Below, piece after piece: positions 18,369 through 25,807 of a stretch of DNA of 64,000 bases. The stretch is from the NCBI GenBank assembly GCA_051866815.1, contig JBJDXS010000058.1, forward strand, positions 31,706 through 95,705, written 5' to 3'. The DNA comes from Candidatus Onthomonas sp. (lineage in GTDB: Bacteria > Bacillota > Clostridia > Oscillospirales > Oscillospiraceae). How positions within the stretch are numbered: the first letter of the stretch is position 1; each line of letters begins with the position of its first letter. The notes beneath the pieces are model-generated. The model made no database searches. It was not told the origin of the DNA and was given only the letters and a program-made list of their open reading frames with translations. The position numbers and the translations under genes were made by a program.

Positions 18369-18881
18369 ATGCAGGAGACCAATCGCCCCGAACTGGAGGA
18401 CGCCCAGCGGTTCCGCCGGGTCTGGCAGCGGGTTCAGGGGGGCCGGGAGGAGGCGGAACGTGCCGCCGCAGAGGGGACTGAGCTGCCGGTTCAATCCTCC
18501 GCCCCCTGGGAGCCCACCGCCTTTCTCCAGGACGCCATCGTCCGCGCCCGGCTCCGGGGCAGCGCCTACCGCCAGTGGGTACGGCTGGCGCCGCTGGCCG
18601 GGCTGACTCTGAGCCAGGCCCGCAGGCTCACCGCCGCCCTGTTTCTGCTGCGGGGCATCCGGACAGTGCCGCAAGCTCAGGCTCCGGGGCGGCGCTGGGC
18701 CAGCCTGGAGGAGAGCTGCCGTCAGCTCTATCTCTGGGAGCGCCGGGAGGAGGCGGACTATCGGATTGCCCTGGGCCGCACGGCAGATCCGGAGCTTCAG
18801 GCCCTGTTCCGGGAACTGGCAGGAGAGTGCGCCATTCAGCAGCAGCGGCTGAGAGGGATATTGGAGGAGATTATGGAGTGA
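18369..18881 (+). CDS. Hypothetical helical protein
   Basis: 170 aa, with AGGAGGGA SD 6 nt before the ATG. No confident motif; Arg/Ala/Leu-rich helices. Confidence 0.55.
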   Translation: MQETNRPELEDAQRFRRVWQRVQGGREEAERAAAEGTELPVQSSAPWEPTAFLQDAIVRARLRGSAYRQWVRLAPLAGLTLSQARRLTAALFLLRGIRTVPQAQAPGRRWASLEESCRQLYLWERREEADYRIALGRTADPELQALFRELAGECAIQQQRLRGILEEIME

Positions 18882-18967
18882 AATCTCTCAGCCTGACAGA
18901 AACGGCCGCCGGACTGACAGTAAGCACAATCGGCCAGTGATAAAATGCCAAAGTCAAAGCAAAACAA

Positions 18968-18996
18968 AGCCGCCCGGAGATCCGAGCGGCTTTTCT
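18968..18996. terminator. Bidirectional terminator hairpin
   Basis: GCCGC(C)CGG-loop-CCG(A)GCGGC, flanked by AAAACAAA on the left and TTTT on the right. Serves the 18369 ORF (+) and tRNA-Gln (-). Confidence 0.6.
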
Positions 18997-19000
18997 CAAG

Positions 19001-19071
19001 CAGCGGGAGAAGGATTCGAACCCTCACATACAGAGTCAGAGTCTGCTGTGCTACCCTTACACAATCCCGCT
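19001..19071 (-). tRNA. tRNA-Gln (anticodon CTG)
   Basis: Hand-folded cloverleaf: acceptor AGCGGGA/TCCCGCT, D stem GTGT/GCAC with an AAGGGTA loop, anticodon stem GCAGA/TCTGT with loop CTCTGAC, T arm GAGGG-TTCGAAT-CCTTC, discriminator G. No encoded CCA. Confidence 0.85.
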
Positions 19072-19225
19072 AAATGGAATTTTCTGTCGTCTTGCTGACG
19101 ACTTTTATTATTATATCCATTTTCCCTCTGTTGTCAAGAGCTATTTCCCGATTTTTTCAATTTCCTATTTTCTACCCCTGTGGTAGAATAGAGCACACAG
19201 AGTTTTGTACAGAGGAGGGCGTAAT

Positions 19226-19807
19226 ATGGATTGGGAGAGCCTGCGGCAGACCTGTGAGCAGTGCCATAACTGTCCCCTGGGAGAGACCCGCACCAATCTG
19301 GTGTTCGGGGACGGCAATCCCAGGGCCAAGCTGATGCTGGTGGGCGAGGGCCCGGGCCAGCAGGAGGACCTCTCCGGTGTCCCCTTTGTAGGCCCGGCAG
19401 GGCAGCTGCTGGACCGGATGCTGGAGATCATCGACCTGGACCGGAGCCGCTACTATATTACTAATATCGTCAAATGCCGCCCGCCCCACAACCGGGATCC
19501 CCTGGCCCAGGAACAGGATGCCTGCATCGGCTATCTGCGCACCCAGACCCGGCTGATCCGCCCCAAGCTGATTGTCTGCCTGGGCCGCATCGCCGCCATG
19601 CGGCTGATCCGTCCGGATTACCGGATCACCCGGGAGCACGGCCAGTGGGTGCAGAAGGGGGACTTCTGGATGACCGCCATCTATCACCCCTCCGCCCTGC
19701 TCCGGGACGAGAGCAAGCGGCCGGAGGCCTTTGACGATCTCATCGGCATCCGGGATAAGATCCGGGAGATCTGCCCGGAGATCTACGGAGACCGGCCGGA
19801 GGGCTGA
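19226..19807 (+). CDS. Family 4 uracil-DNA glycosylase (Fe-S type)
   Basis: CEQCHNCPL Cys cluster, LVGEGPGQQED motif and HPSALLR near the C-terminus. Start at ATG 19226, after AGGAGGG. Confidence 0.85.
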   Translation: MDWESLRQTCEQCHNCPLGETRTNLVFGDGNPRAKLMLVGEGPGQQEDLSGVPFVGPAGQLLDRMLEIIDLDRSRYYITNIVKCRPPHNRDPLAQEQDACIGYLRTQTRLIRPKLIVCLGRIAAMRLIRPDYRITREHGQWVQKGDFWMTAIYHPSALLRDESKRPEAFDDLIGIRDKIREICPEIYGDRPEG

Positions 19808-19963
19808 CATCGCTGCCGCACCCTGTCGCATTTCGCCGCATAGGCTGGACTATCCCCGTTTTTCTGCCGGCCGGGTATAATCCCGCCGCCCTTGGGGAGA
19901 ATGAAAGTACCTCGTTACATAGGATGTGTGACGGGTAGATTTGATTCGGCGGAGTGTGAGATT

Positions 19964-20332
19964 GTGGATACCAGCGTCAGAAGAGGAGACATTTTTTACG
20001 CCGACCTGAGCCCGGTGGTGGGCAGCGAACAGGGCGGCGTCCGGCCCGTGCTGATTATTCAGAACGACATGGGCAACCGGCACAGCCCGACGGTGATCGC
20101 GGCGGCCATTACCTCCCAGCTCAATAAAGCAAAGCTGCCCACCCATATCGAGCTGATCGACCAGCACTGCGGCCTGACCCGGGACTCGGTGGTTCTGCTG
20201 GAGCAGATCCGAACCCTGGATAAGCGGCGGCTGCGGGAGCGGATGGGCCATCTGGACGAGGCGATGATGGAGGAGGTAGACACCGCAATCGCCGTCAGCT
20301 TCGGCCTGCGCCCCCGGGAGCGGGAGGTATAA
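19964..20332 (+). CDS. mazF: MazF/EndoA (PemK-family) mRNA interferase toxin
   Basis: [59 protein letters not shown] closely resembles B. subtilis EndoA. Start taken at GTG 19964 (GGAG 9 nt upstream); in-frame ATGs at 19892 and 19901 are possible alternatives. Confidence 0.85.
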   Translation: MDTSVRRGDIFYADLSPVVGSEQGGVRPVLIIQNDMGNRHSPTVIAAAITSQLNKAKLPTHIELIDQHCGLTRDSVVLLEQIRTLDKRRLRERMGHLDEAMMEEVDTAIAVSFGLRPREREV

Positions 20333-20410
20333 ATTCAGCGCCAGCACAGCCCGGCAGAAGCCGGAAGGTGCTGGCGTTTTTTGCGCTCAGGTCACAGGGA
20401 ATACAGAGGC

Positions 20411-20434
20411 GGGCGATTCGTGAATCGCCCCTAC
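20411..20434 (-). repeat. REP-like hairpin repeat, copy 6 (plus strand reads GGGCGATTCGTGAATCGCCCCTAC)
   Basis: Identical to copy 4. Confidence 0.75.
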
Positions 20435-20450
20435 AAACAGTCAGCGCCCT

Positions 20451-20474
20451 GTAGGGGCCGTTCACGAACGGCCC
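20451..20474 (+). repeat. REP-like hairpin repeat, copy 7 (GTAGGGGCCGTTC-AC-GAACGGCCC)
   Basis: One loop base differs from copy 3. Confidence 0.75.
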
Positions 20475-20490
20475 GACTTCACCGGTTTCC

Positions 20491-20514
20491 GTAGGGCGGG
20501 GGCTTGCCCCCCGC
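20491..20514 (+). repeat. REP-like hairpin repeat, copy 8 (GTAGGGCGGGGGC-TT-GCCCCCCGC)
   Basis: Same subfamily as copy 11 (36833-36855, opposite strand). Confidence 0.7.
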
Positions 20515-20552
20515 TGTTTGCCGCAGATGAAAAACGAATTTTCCGTCCTCTT

Positions 20553-21272
20553 TCACAGATGAAACTGCAGCAGATAGTGCTCCGGCAGAAAATACAGCTT
20601 GTTCCGGGCCAGCGGCCGGCTCTCCTCGTCCCGGAGGATGACCTCCATCAGGATCATAGGCCGGCCCTCCTCAATTTCCAGGAAGGACTTCTCCATCTCG
20701 TTGGCGAAGATCAACTTGATCACCAGATCCCACTGCTGAGCGGCCTCAAAGATGACCTGGGTGGAGAGCTGCTCAATGGCTCCCTCCTGAGACAGATCCA
20801 CATTCAGTTCCTTGAACACGGTCACCGGAATCTGGGTGAAGGCGTAGCCGATGGCCTGGCCGGCGGAGCGGTAGACGATGTCGCAGGCCAGGACGATGTC
20901 CGTCTTGTCCAAAGACAGCTTGGTTCGGGCAATGTCGGTGGGGGCGTTGTAGTTGTACTGAATCTGGATCTGATCCACCTTCTGCCGGGCCAGGTCGATG
21001 AGGGGATTTTTGTGCTTGTCCGGCGCCAGGGGCTTTTTCTGGGGAGCCACCAGCGTCTCCCGGCCCTGGGAGCGGACGATCAGCCCATCCTCCGCCAAAA
21101 TGGCCAGGGCTTGCCGGAGGGTGTTGCGGCTGACATGGTATTTCTCCGCCAGCGCCGTCTCTCCCGGCAGCGCCTCATTTTCCTGATAGACGCCGGAGCG
21201 CAGGTCAGAATACAGGGAATTGTAGACCGCCACATAAGCCGGCATTTTGCTTCCGGTCAGTGTCTGCTTCAT
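20553..21272 (-). CDS. GntR-family (HutC-like, UTRA effector domain) transcriptional regulator
   Basis: N-terminal wHTH LPGETALAEKYHVSRNTLRQALAILAEDGLI plus a roughly 150-aa C-terminal effector domain. Divergent from the ECF operon. Confidence 0.9.
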   Translation of the reverse strand: MKQTLTGSKMPAYVAVYNSLYSDLRSGVYQENEALPGETALAEKYHVSRNTLRQALAILAEDGLIVRSQGRETLVAPQKKPLAPDKHKNPLIDLARQKVDQIQIQYNYNAPTDIARTKLSLDKTDIVLACDIVYRSAGQAIGYAFTQIPVTVFKELNVDLSQEGAIEQLSTQVIFEAAQQWDLVIKLIFANEMEKSFLEIEEGRPMILMEVILRDEESRPLARNKLYFLPEHYLLQFHL

Positions 21273-21317
21273 CGTTGACCCCTCCTTTTCCGCTGTGCGG
21301 TTTATTCAGTAAATATT

Positions 21318-21346
21318 ATTATAGCACACCTCCCGCCCGGGTACAA
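21318..21346 (-). promoter_or_regulatory. gntR promoter candidate (TTGTAC-17-TATAAT with TGc extension)
   Basis: Minus-strand -10 is TATAAT (plus ATTATA at 21318-21323). Minus-strand -35 is TTGTAC (plus GTACAA at 21341-21346). Confidence 0.45.
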
Positions 21347-21353
21347 GTTGAAC
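21341..21353. promoter_or_regulatory. Candidate GntR operator 1 (GTACAA-G-TTGAAC)
   Basis: Imperfect GT..AC palindrome overlapping the -35 of the gntR promoter. Shares the 10-mer GTTGAACAAG with site 2. Confidence 0.35.
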
Positions 21354-21462
21354 AAGCAGCTGCGCAAACAGTCTTTCAGTGCCCACCAAAATAATTTTGA
21401 GAGCTCCATCCGTTTTTCGCTTATTCCCAAAAGATAGCCTGCTTTTTGTACTATATGACGAA

Positions 21463-21491
21463 TTGACAAGCAGTATTCCAAATGCTATACT
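21463..21491 (+). promoter_or_regulatory. ECF/DUF62 operon promoter (TTGACA-17-TATACT)
   Basis: TTGACA at 21463-21468 and TATACT at 21486-21491. Confidence 0.55.
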
Positions 21492-21499
21492 GCAAGCAT

Positions 21500-21516
21500 G
21501 TTCAATCTTGTTGAAC
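21500..21516. promoter_or_regulatory. Candidate GntR operator 2 (GTTCAA-TCTTG-TTGAAC)
   Basis: Perfect 6-bp inverted repeat starting 9 nt after the -10, near the expected transcription start. GTTGAACAAG also occurs at 21347-21356. Confidence 0.4.
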
Positions 21517-21535
21517 AAGTAAACGCTTTGAGGCG

Positions 21536-21584
21536 ACGGCGCTGGACGATTTTGCAGACAAATCCTCTGGTGCCGTTTTTGTTT
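21536..21584 (+). promoter_or_regulatory. Possible leader attenuator hairpin plus T tract
   Basis: ACGGCGCTGG (21536-45) can pair with CTGGTGCCGT (21567-76) using 3 G-U pairs and a 21-nt loop, followed by TTTTTGTTT. Weak. Confidence 0.25.
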
Positions 21585-21627
21585 CAAGGCAAAGTCAACC
21601 TGAACGAGAGAAACAGGAGGTATTGTC

Positions 21628-22209
21628 ATGAAGTCAAAACTGGGTGTCTGGACGACCAAATCCATCGTGACCATGGGCCTGGGCGCGGCGCTGTACGGCG
21701 TGCTGATGGTCTACGGCGCAGTTCCTATCTTCACCAACACGAATCTGTCCTTTGCCATGATCGTGCCCGTCTTTGTGGGCGGCCTGTTCGGCCCGCTGCC
21801 CGCCATGATCACCTGCGGCGTGGGCAATGTCATCGCCGACCTGATCGGCGGCTGGGGCATGTGGTTTGACTGGTCCATCGGCAACGCCGTTATGGGCCTG
21901 TTCGTGGGCATGCTGCCGCTGTACGGCGCGGACATCGCCAACGGCGTTTTCAAGGTCAAGCACGCGGTCATCTATGCCGTCCTGTGCGTGGTGGGCAATA
22001 TGCTGGCCTTCGGCGTGGTCACCCCCATCTTCTCCACCACTTTGTACGGCCAGGATCTGAACATCACCCTGATGCAGGCTGTCTTTGCCACTGCGGGCAA
22101 CACCCTGGTGCTGGTGGTGGCCGGCATTCCTATTCTGGTTCTGCTGTCCAAGCGGGCTGCTTCCAAGATGAACCTGAAGAAGGAAGCGGACGACAACGGC
22201 GAGTATTAA
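21628..22209 (+). CDS. ECF transporter substrate-specific (S) component, specificity unknown
   Basis: 193 aa with about 6 TM helices, a small Gly-rich polytopic protein (GVGNVIADLIGGWG). Sits immediately upstream of the ECF A and T genes. SD is AGGAGG. Confidence 0.8.
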   Translation: MKSKLGVWTTKSIVTMGLGAALYGVLMVYGAVPIFTNTNLSFAMIVPVFVGGLFGPLPAMITCGVGNVIADLIGGWGMWFDWSIGNAVMGLFVGMLPLYGADIANGVFKVKHAVIYAVLCVVGNMLAFGVVTPIFSTTLYGQDLNITLMQAVFATAGNTLVLVVAGIPILVLLSKRAASKMNLKKEADDNGEY

Positions 22210-22267
22210 TAGAGAAAAGTATTCCAGGTAATCTCTGCCCCGGAAAGCGTTGAAGAGGGAGGCCGAC

Positions 22268-23983
22268 ATGGACCATCGAAAGCCAGTCATCGAATTTCGG
22301 AACTTCGGGTTTCAGTACAAGTCTCAGCAGGAACCCACCTTGTACGATATTAACCTGACCATCTACGAGGGGGAAAAGGTGCTGATTCTGGGCAGCTCGG
22401 GCAGCGGCAAATCCACCCTGGCCAGCTGTGTCAACGGTCTCATTCCCTTCGCCGACGAGGGCACCATCACCGGCTCGGTGAAGGTCAACGGGGTGGAGAC
22501 CCGGGAGCGCTCGGTCTTTGAGCTGAGCAAATCGGTGGGCACCGTTCTCCAGGACAGCGACGCCCAGTTTGTGGGCCTGTCCGTAGGAGAGGATATCGCC
22601 TTCGCCATGGAAAACGACAATATGCCCCGGCCCCAGATGGTCCCCCGGGTGAAGAAATTCGCCGGTGTGGTGGGCATGCAAGACTTTCTGGGCGCGGTCC
22701 CCTTCAACCTCTCCGGCGGCCAGAAGCAAAAGGTGGCCATCGCCGGCGTCCTGGGCGAGGCGGTGAACATCCTTATCTTTGACGAGCCCCTGGCCGCTCT
22801 GGACCCCCAGGCGGGGCTGGAGACGGTGGAGATCATCGACGAGCTCTCCCGGCAGGAGAACCGCACCATCCTCATCATCGAGCACCGGCTGGAGGATGTG
22901 CTCCACCGCCATGTAGACCGCATTATCTTTCTCTCGGAGGGCCGGATTCTGGCGGACACCACGTCGGAAGCTCTGCTCCGGTCCTCCCGGCTGAAGGAGT
23001 ACGGCATCCGGGAGCCCCTCTATCTCACCGCTATGAAATACGCCGGCTGCGACCTGGAGGCCCAGCCCCAGATCTCTGACTTTGCCGGGCTGGAGCTGAC
23101 AAAGGAGAACCGGGAGCGGCTGCTGCGCTTCTTCCAGGAGGAGGTTCCCCCCGCCCCCGCCCCGGCGGGCGATCCCCTGCTGGAGTTCCAAAACGTGACC
23201 TTCGCCTATGAGGAAGCTCCCGTAGTGGAGGACATCTCCTTCCAGGTGCGCAGGGGCGAGCGGATCGCTGTCATCGGCAAAAACGGCGCCGGTAAGTCCA
23301 CCGCCGCCCGGCTGGCCTGCGGCGTCATCCGGCCCCAGAAGGGCAAGATCCTGCTGGAGGGCAAGGATGCGGCCAAGCTCACCGTCAAGGAGCTGGGGGA
23401 GCACATCGGCTACGTCATGCAGGACCCCAACCAGATGCTGATCAAGGACGTCATCAAGAGCGAGGTAGAGCTGGCCCTGGTTCTCCGGGAGTATCCCAAG
23501 GAGGAGCGCCAGCGCCGGGCCAGCGCAGCCCTGAAGGCCTGCAACCTCTATCCCATGCGCAACTGGCCGGTAGACGCCATCAGCTACGGCCAGAAGAAGC
23601 GGGTCACCACCGCCTCCATGATGGCCCTGGAGCCGGAGATCCTCATCCTGGACGAGCCCACCGCCGGCCAGGACTACAACAGCTACTCCGAGATCATGGA
23701 GTTTGTCAACAATCTGAACCGGGAGTATCACACCACCATCCTCTTTATCACCCACGATCTGCACCTGGCCATTGAGCACACCGACCGCACCATCGTCTTT
23801 GCCGACGGCAAGGTGGTGGCGGACGACTCTCCCTTTGCCGTCCTGGCGGACGACGGCGTGATTCAGACGGCACATTTGAAGCGCACCTCTCTCTACGAGC
23901 TGGCGGAGAAGCTGGGGCTCTCCCCCGAGTTGGTGATCCGGCGCTTCATCGACTTTGAGAGGAGGGAGCGGCAGACGCCATGA
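22268..23983 (+). CDS. ECF transporter fused double ATPase (EcfA-EcfA', YkoD-like architecture)
   Basis: Two ABC cassettes: Walker A GSSGSGKST and GKNGAGKST; signatures LSGGQKQKVAIA and ISYGQKKRV; Walker B ILIFDEP and ILILDEP. Start trimmed to ATG 22268, after GGGAGG. Confidence 0.9.
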   Translation: MDHRKPVIEFRNFGFQYKSQQEPTLYDINLTIYEGEKVLILGSSGSGKSTLASCVNGLIPFADEGTITGSVKVNGVETRERSVFELSKSVGTVLQDSDAQFVGLSVGEDIAFAMENDNMPRPQMVPRVKKFAGVVGMQDFLGAVPFNLSGGQKQKVAIAGVLGEAVNILIFDEPLAALDPQAGLETVEIIDELSRQENRTILIIEHRLEDVLHRHVDRIIFLSEGRILADTTSEALLRSSRLKEYGIREPLYLTAMKYAGCDLEAQPQISDFAGLELTKENRERLLRFFQEEVPPAPAPAGDPLLEFQNVTFAYEEAPVVEDISFQVRRGERIAVIGKNGAGKSTAARLACGVIRPQKGKILLEGKDAAKLTVKELGEHIGYVMQDPNQMLIKDVIKSEVELALVLREYPKEERQRRASAALKACNLYPMRNWPVDAISYGQKKRVTTASMMALEPEILILDEPTAGQDYNSYSEIMEFVNNLNREYHTTILFITHDLHLAIEHTDRTIVFADGKVVADDSPFAVLADDGVIQTAHLKRTSLYELAEKLGLSPELVIRRFIDFERRERQTP

Positions 23984-24900
23984 ACAACCGATTTGTCATC
24001 AACTTTGTCCCCGGCAGCACCATGCTGCACAAGCTCACCGGCGGCACCAAGGTGGCCCTGTTCATCCTCTACACCGCCGCCATCATTGTCACCTTTGACA
24101 TCCGGCTGCTGCTGCCGCTGACCGTCTTCCCCATCGCGGCGATCATCTCCATGAAGCCCAACTACAAGCCCCTGGTGGTCATGTATACCTTTATGTTTGT
24201 CACCGTGGGCCTCATCGGCGGCGTCATGCTGCTCTTCTTTGCCTCCAATGCGGGGCTTACCCATGTGGGCGCCAATCATATCATCTGGCAGCTCACCGAG
24301 GACATCTACCTGAGCAAGGAGTGGCTCTGGTACAATCTGGTCTTCTTCCTCAAGCGGACGGTGTCCTTCCTGACGGTCATGGCTTTCGCCCTGGCCACCA
24401 CTCCTTCGGAATTTGCCTCCGGCCTGGCAGTGCTGAAGGTGCCCTATAAGGTCTGCACCATCATCTCCCTGGCATACCGCTCCATCCCCGACATCGCCCG
24501 GCAGTTCGTGGACATCCGCAACAGCATGCAGATGCGGGGCACCGAGCTCAGCGGCAAAATTCCCCTCCATAAGAAAATCAAGCAGTATGTGCTGCTGCTG
24601 GTGCCGCTGATCATCTCCACCTTCGCCCGGGTGGGGGACATCGCCAAGGCCATGGATCTCCGGGGCTACGGCAAGAAAAAGCAGCGCAGCTGGTATGCCG
24701 AGCACGAGCTGACCCCGGCGGACAAGGTGCTGCGGGTGGTCTGCGTGCTGCTGCTCCTCTTTATCATCGGGTATGTGATCTATACCAAGCTGATCAATCC
24801 CTATCCCGCCCAGATGTGGTGCCCCTGGGTCTCCCGGGAGGAGATTCAGACCGTCTCCACCGTGGACACCCTCTTCTTCCGGGATCTGCTCCCCGATTAA
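23980..24900 (+). CDS. ECF transporter transmembrane (T) component (EcfT/CbiQ family)
   Basis: 306 aa, polytopic. Its start overlaps the ATPase stop (ATGA). Contains the coupling-helix-like motif (AYRSIPDIARQF...MQMRG). Confidence 0.85.
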   Translation: MNNRFVINFVPGSTMLHKLTGGTKVALFILYTAAIIVTFDIRLLLPLTVFPIAAIISMKPNYKPLVVMYTFMFVTVGLIGGVMLLFFASNAGLTHVGANHIIWQLTEDIYLSKEWLWYNLVFFLKRTVSFLTVMAFALATTPSEFASGLAVLKVPYKVCTIISLAYRSIPDIARQFVDIRNSMQMRGTELSGKIPLHKKIKQYVLLLVPLIISTFARVGDIAKAMDLRGYGKKKQRSWYAEHELTPADKVLRVVCVLLLLFIIGYVIYTKLINPYPAQMWCPWVSREEIQTVSTVDTLFFRDLLPD

Positions 24901-24940
24901 ATGACATACGTCAAAAGAAAATGCGGAAAGGACGATTTTT

Positions 24941-25780
24941 GTGAAAAGCGCAGTTGTTATGTTAACTGATTTCGGCGTAGACAACCTGTCTGTCTCCACC
25001 ATGTTCGGCGTCTGCCGGATTGTGGATCCGGAGCTGGACGTGTTCAGCGCCTGCAACGCCATCCGTCCCTTTGACGTGCTGGCCGCCTCGGACGCGCTGA
25101 TGTATGTGATGCCCTTCTGGCCCAAGGGAACGGTGTTCGTCTCGGTGGTGGATCCCGGCGTGGGCACCGCCCGGAAGGCCAGCGTGGCCAAGCTGCGCAA
25201 CGGCCAGTATGTGGTCACTCCGGACAACGGCACTCTGACCTATATCAAGGAGCAGGTGGGAATTGAGGAGATCCGGGAGATCGACGAGTCCATCAACCGC
25301 TATCCCACCACCCGGAACATCCACATCTTCCACGGCCGGGATCTCTTCGCCTACTGCGGCGCCCGACTGGCCGCCGGGGTCATCACCTATGAGCAGGTGG
25401 GCCCTGCCTACCCGGTGGAGGACGTGGTAGAGGCCTACTATATTAAGCCCAAGGCGGAGGACGGCGTCCTCTCCGGCATGATCAACGAGGCCACCGACCA
25501 CTTCGGCCTGCTGGGCACCAACATCCCCTTCGGCTGGCTGGAGGAGAACGGCATCCACTACGGCGACCGGGTCCATGTGACCATCACCTGCAAGGAGGAG
25601 GTCAAGCTGGACGCGGAGCTGCCCCTGGCCAAGAGCTTTGGCTATGTGGGCCTGGGGGAGATGCTGATGCTCAGCTCGGAGACCGCTACCGTCATGCTGG
25701 CCAAGAACCAGGGCAATCTTGTGGCCGACTGCGGCCTGGGCTGCGGCCCGGATTGGAAGCTCACCTTCTCCAAGATCTGA
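24941..25780 (+). CDS. DUF62 SAM hydrolase/halogenase-fold protein, paralog 1 (motifs intact)
   Basis: LTDFG, FVSVVDPGVGTARK, TPDNGTL, FHGRDLFAYCGARLAAG and a C-terminal barrel part. GTG start 7 nt after GGAAAGGA. Confidence 0.85.
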   Translation: MKSAVVMLTDFGVDNLSVSTMFGVCRIVDPELDVFSACNAIRPFDVLAASDALMYVMPFWPKGTVFVSVVDPGVGTARKASVAKLRNGQYVVTPDNGTLTYIKEQVGIEEIREIDESINRYPTTRNIHIFHGRDLFAYCGARLAAGVITYEQVGPAYPVEDVVEAYYIKPKAEDGVLSGMINEATDHFGLLGTNIPFGWLEENGIHYGDRVHVTITCKEEVKLDAELPLAKSFGYVGLGEMLMLSSETATVMLAKNQGNLVADCGLGCGPDWKLTFSKI

Positions 25781-25807
25781 CCCAGTCCGGAGAAAGGAGA
25801 GACGCTT

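Noticed and set aside
19072-19225. tRNA-Gln as an integration hot spot (prophage or island next to the tRNA).
   Set aside because: No integrase, no direct repeat of the tRNA 3' end and no compositional shift are present. The neighbouring genes are ordinary (uracil-DNA glycosylase, hypothetical protein).
21492-21627. THI-box or SAM (S-box) riboswitch in the leader of the ECF/DUF62 operon.
   Set aside because: Neither the THI-box CTGAGA...ACCTGATCTGGATAATGCCAGCG core nor the S-box motifs are visible. Only a weak G-U-rich hairpin plus T tract is present. Regulation by the adjacent GntR protein is the simpler reading.
25328-25387. A 60-nt stretch in DUF62 paralog 1 is about 93% identical to 27890-27949 in paralog 4. 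A similar stretch around the VVDPGVG motif links paralogs 3 and 4. Both could indicate recent gene conversion.
   Set aside because: These stretches encode the most conserved motifs. With GC3-saturated codon usage the synonymous choices are nearly fixed, so high local nucleotide identity does not by itself show conversion. A formal test (GENECONV or similar) on the full alignment would be needed.
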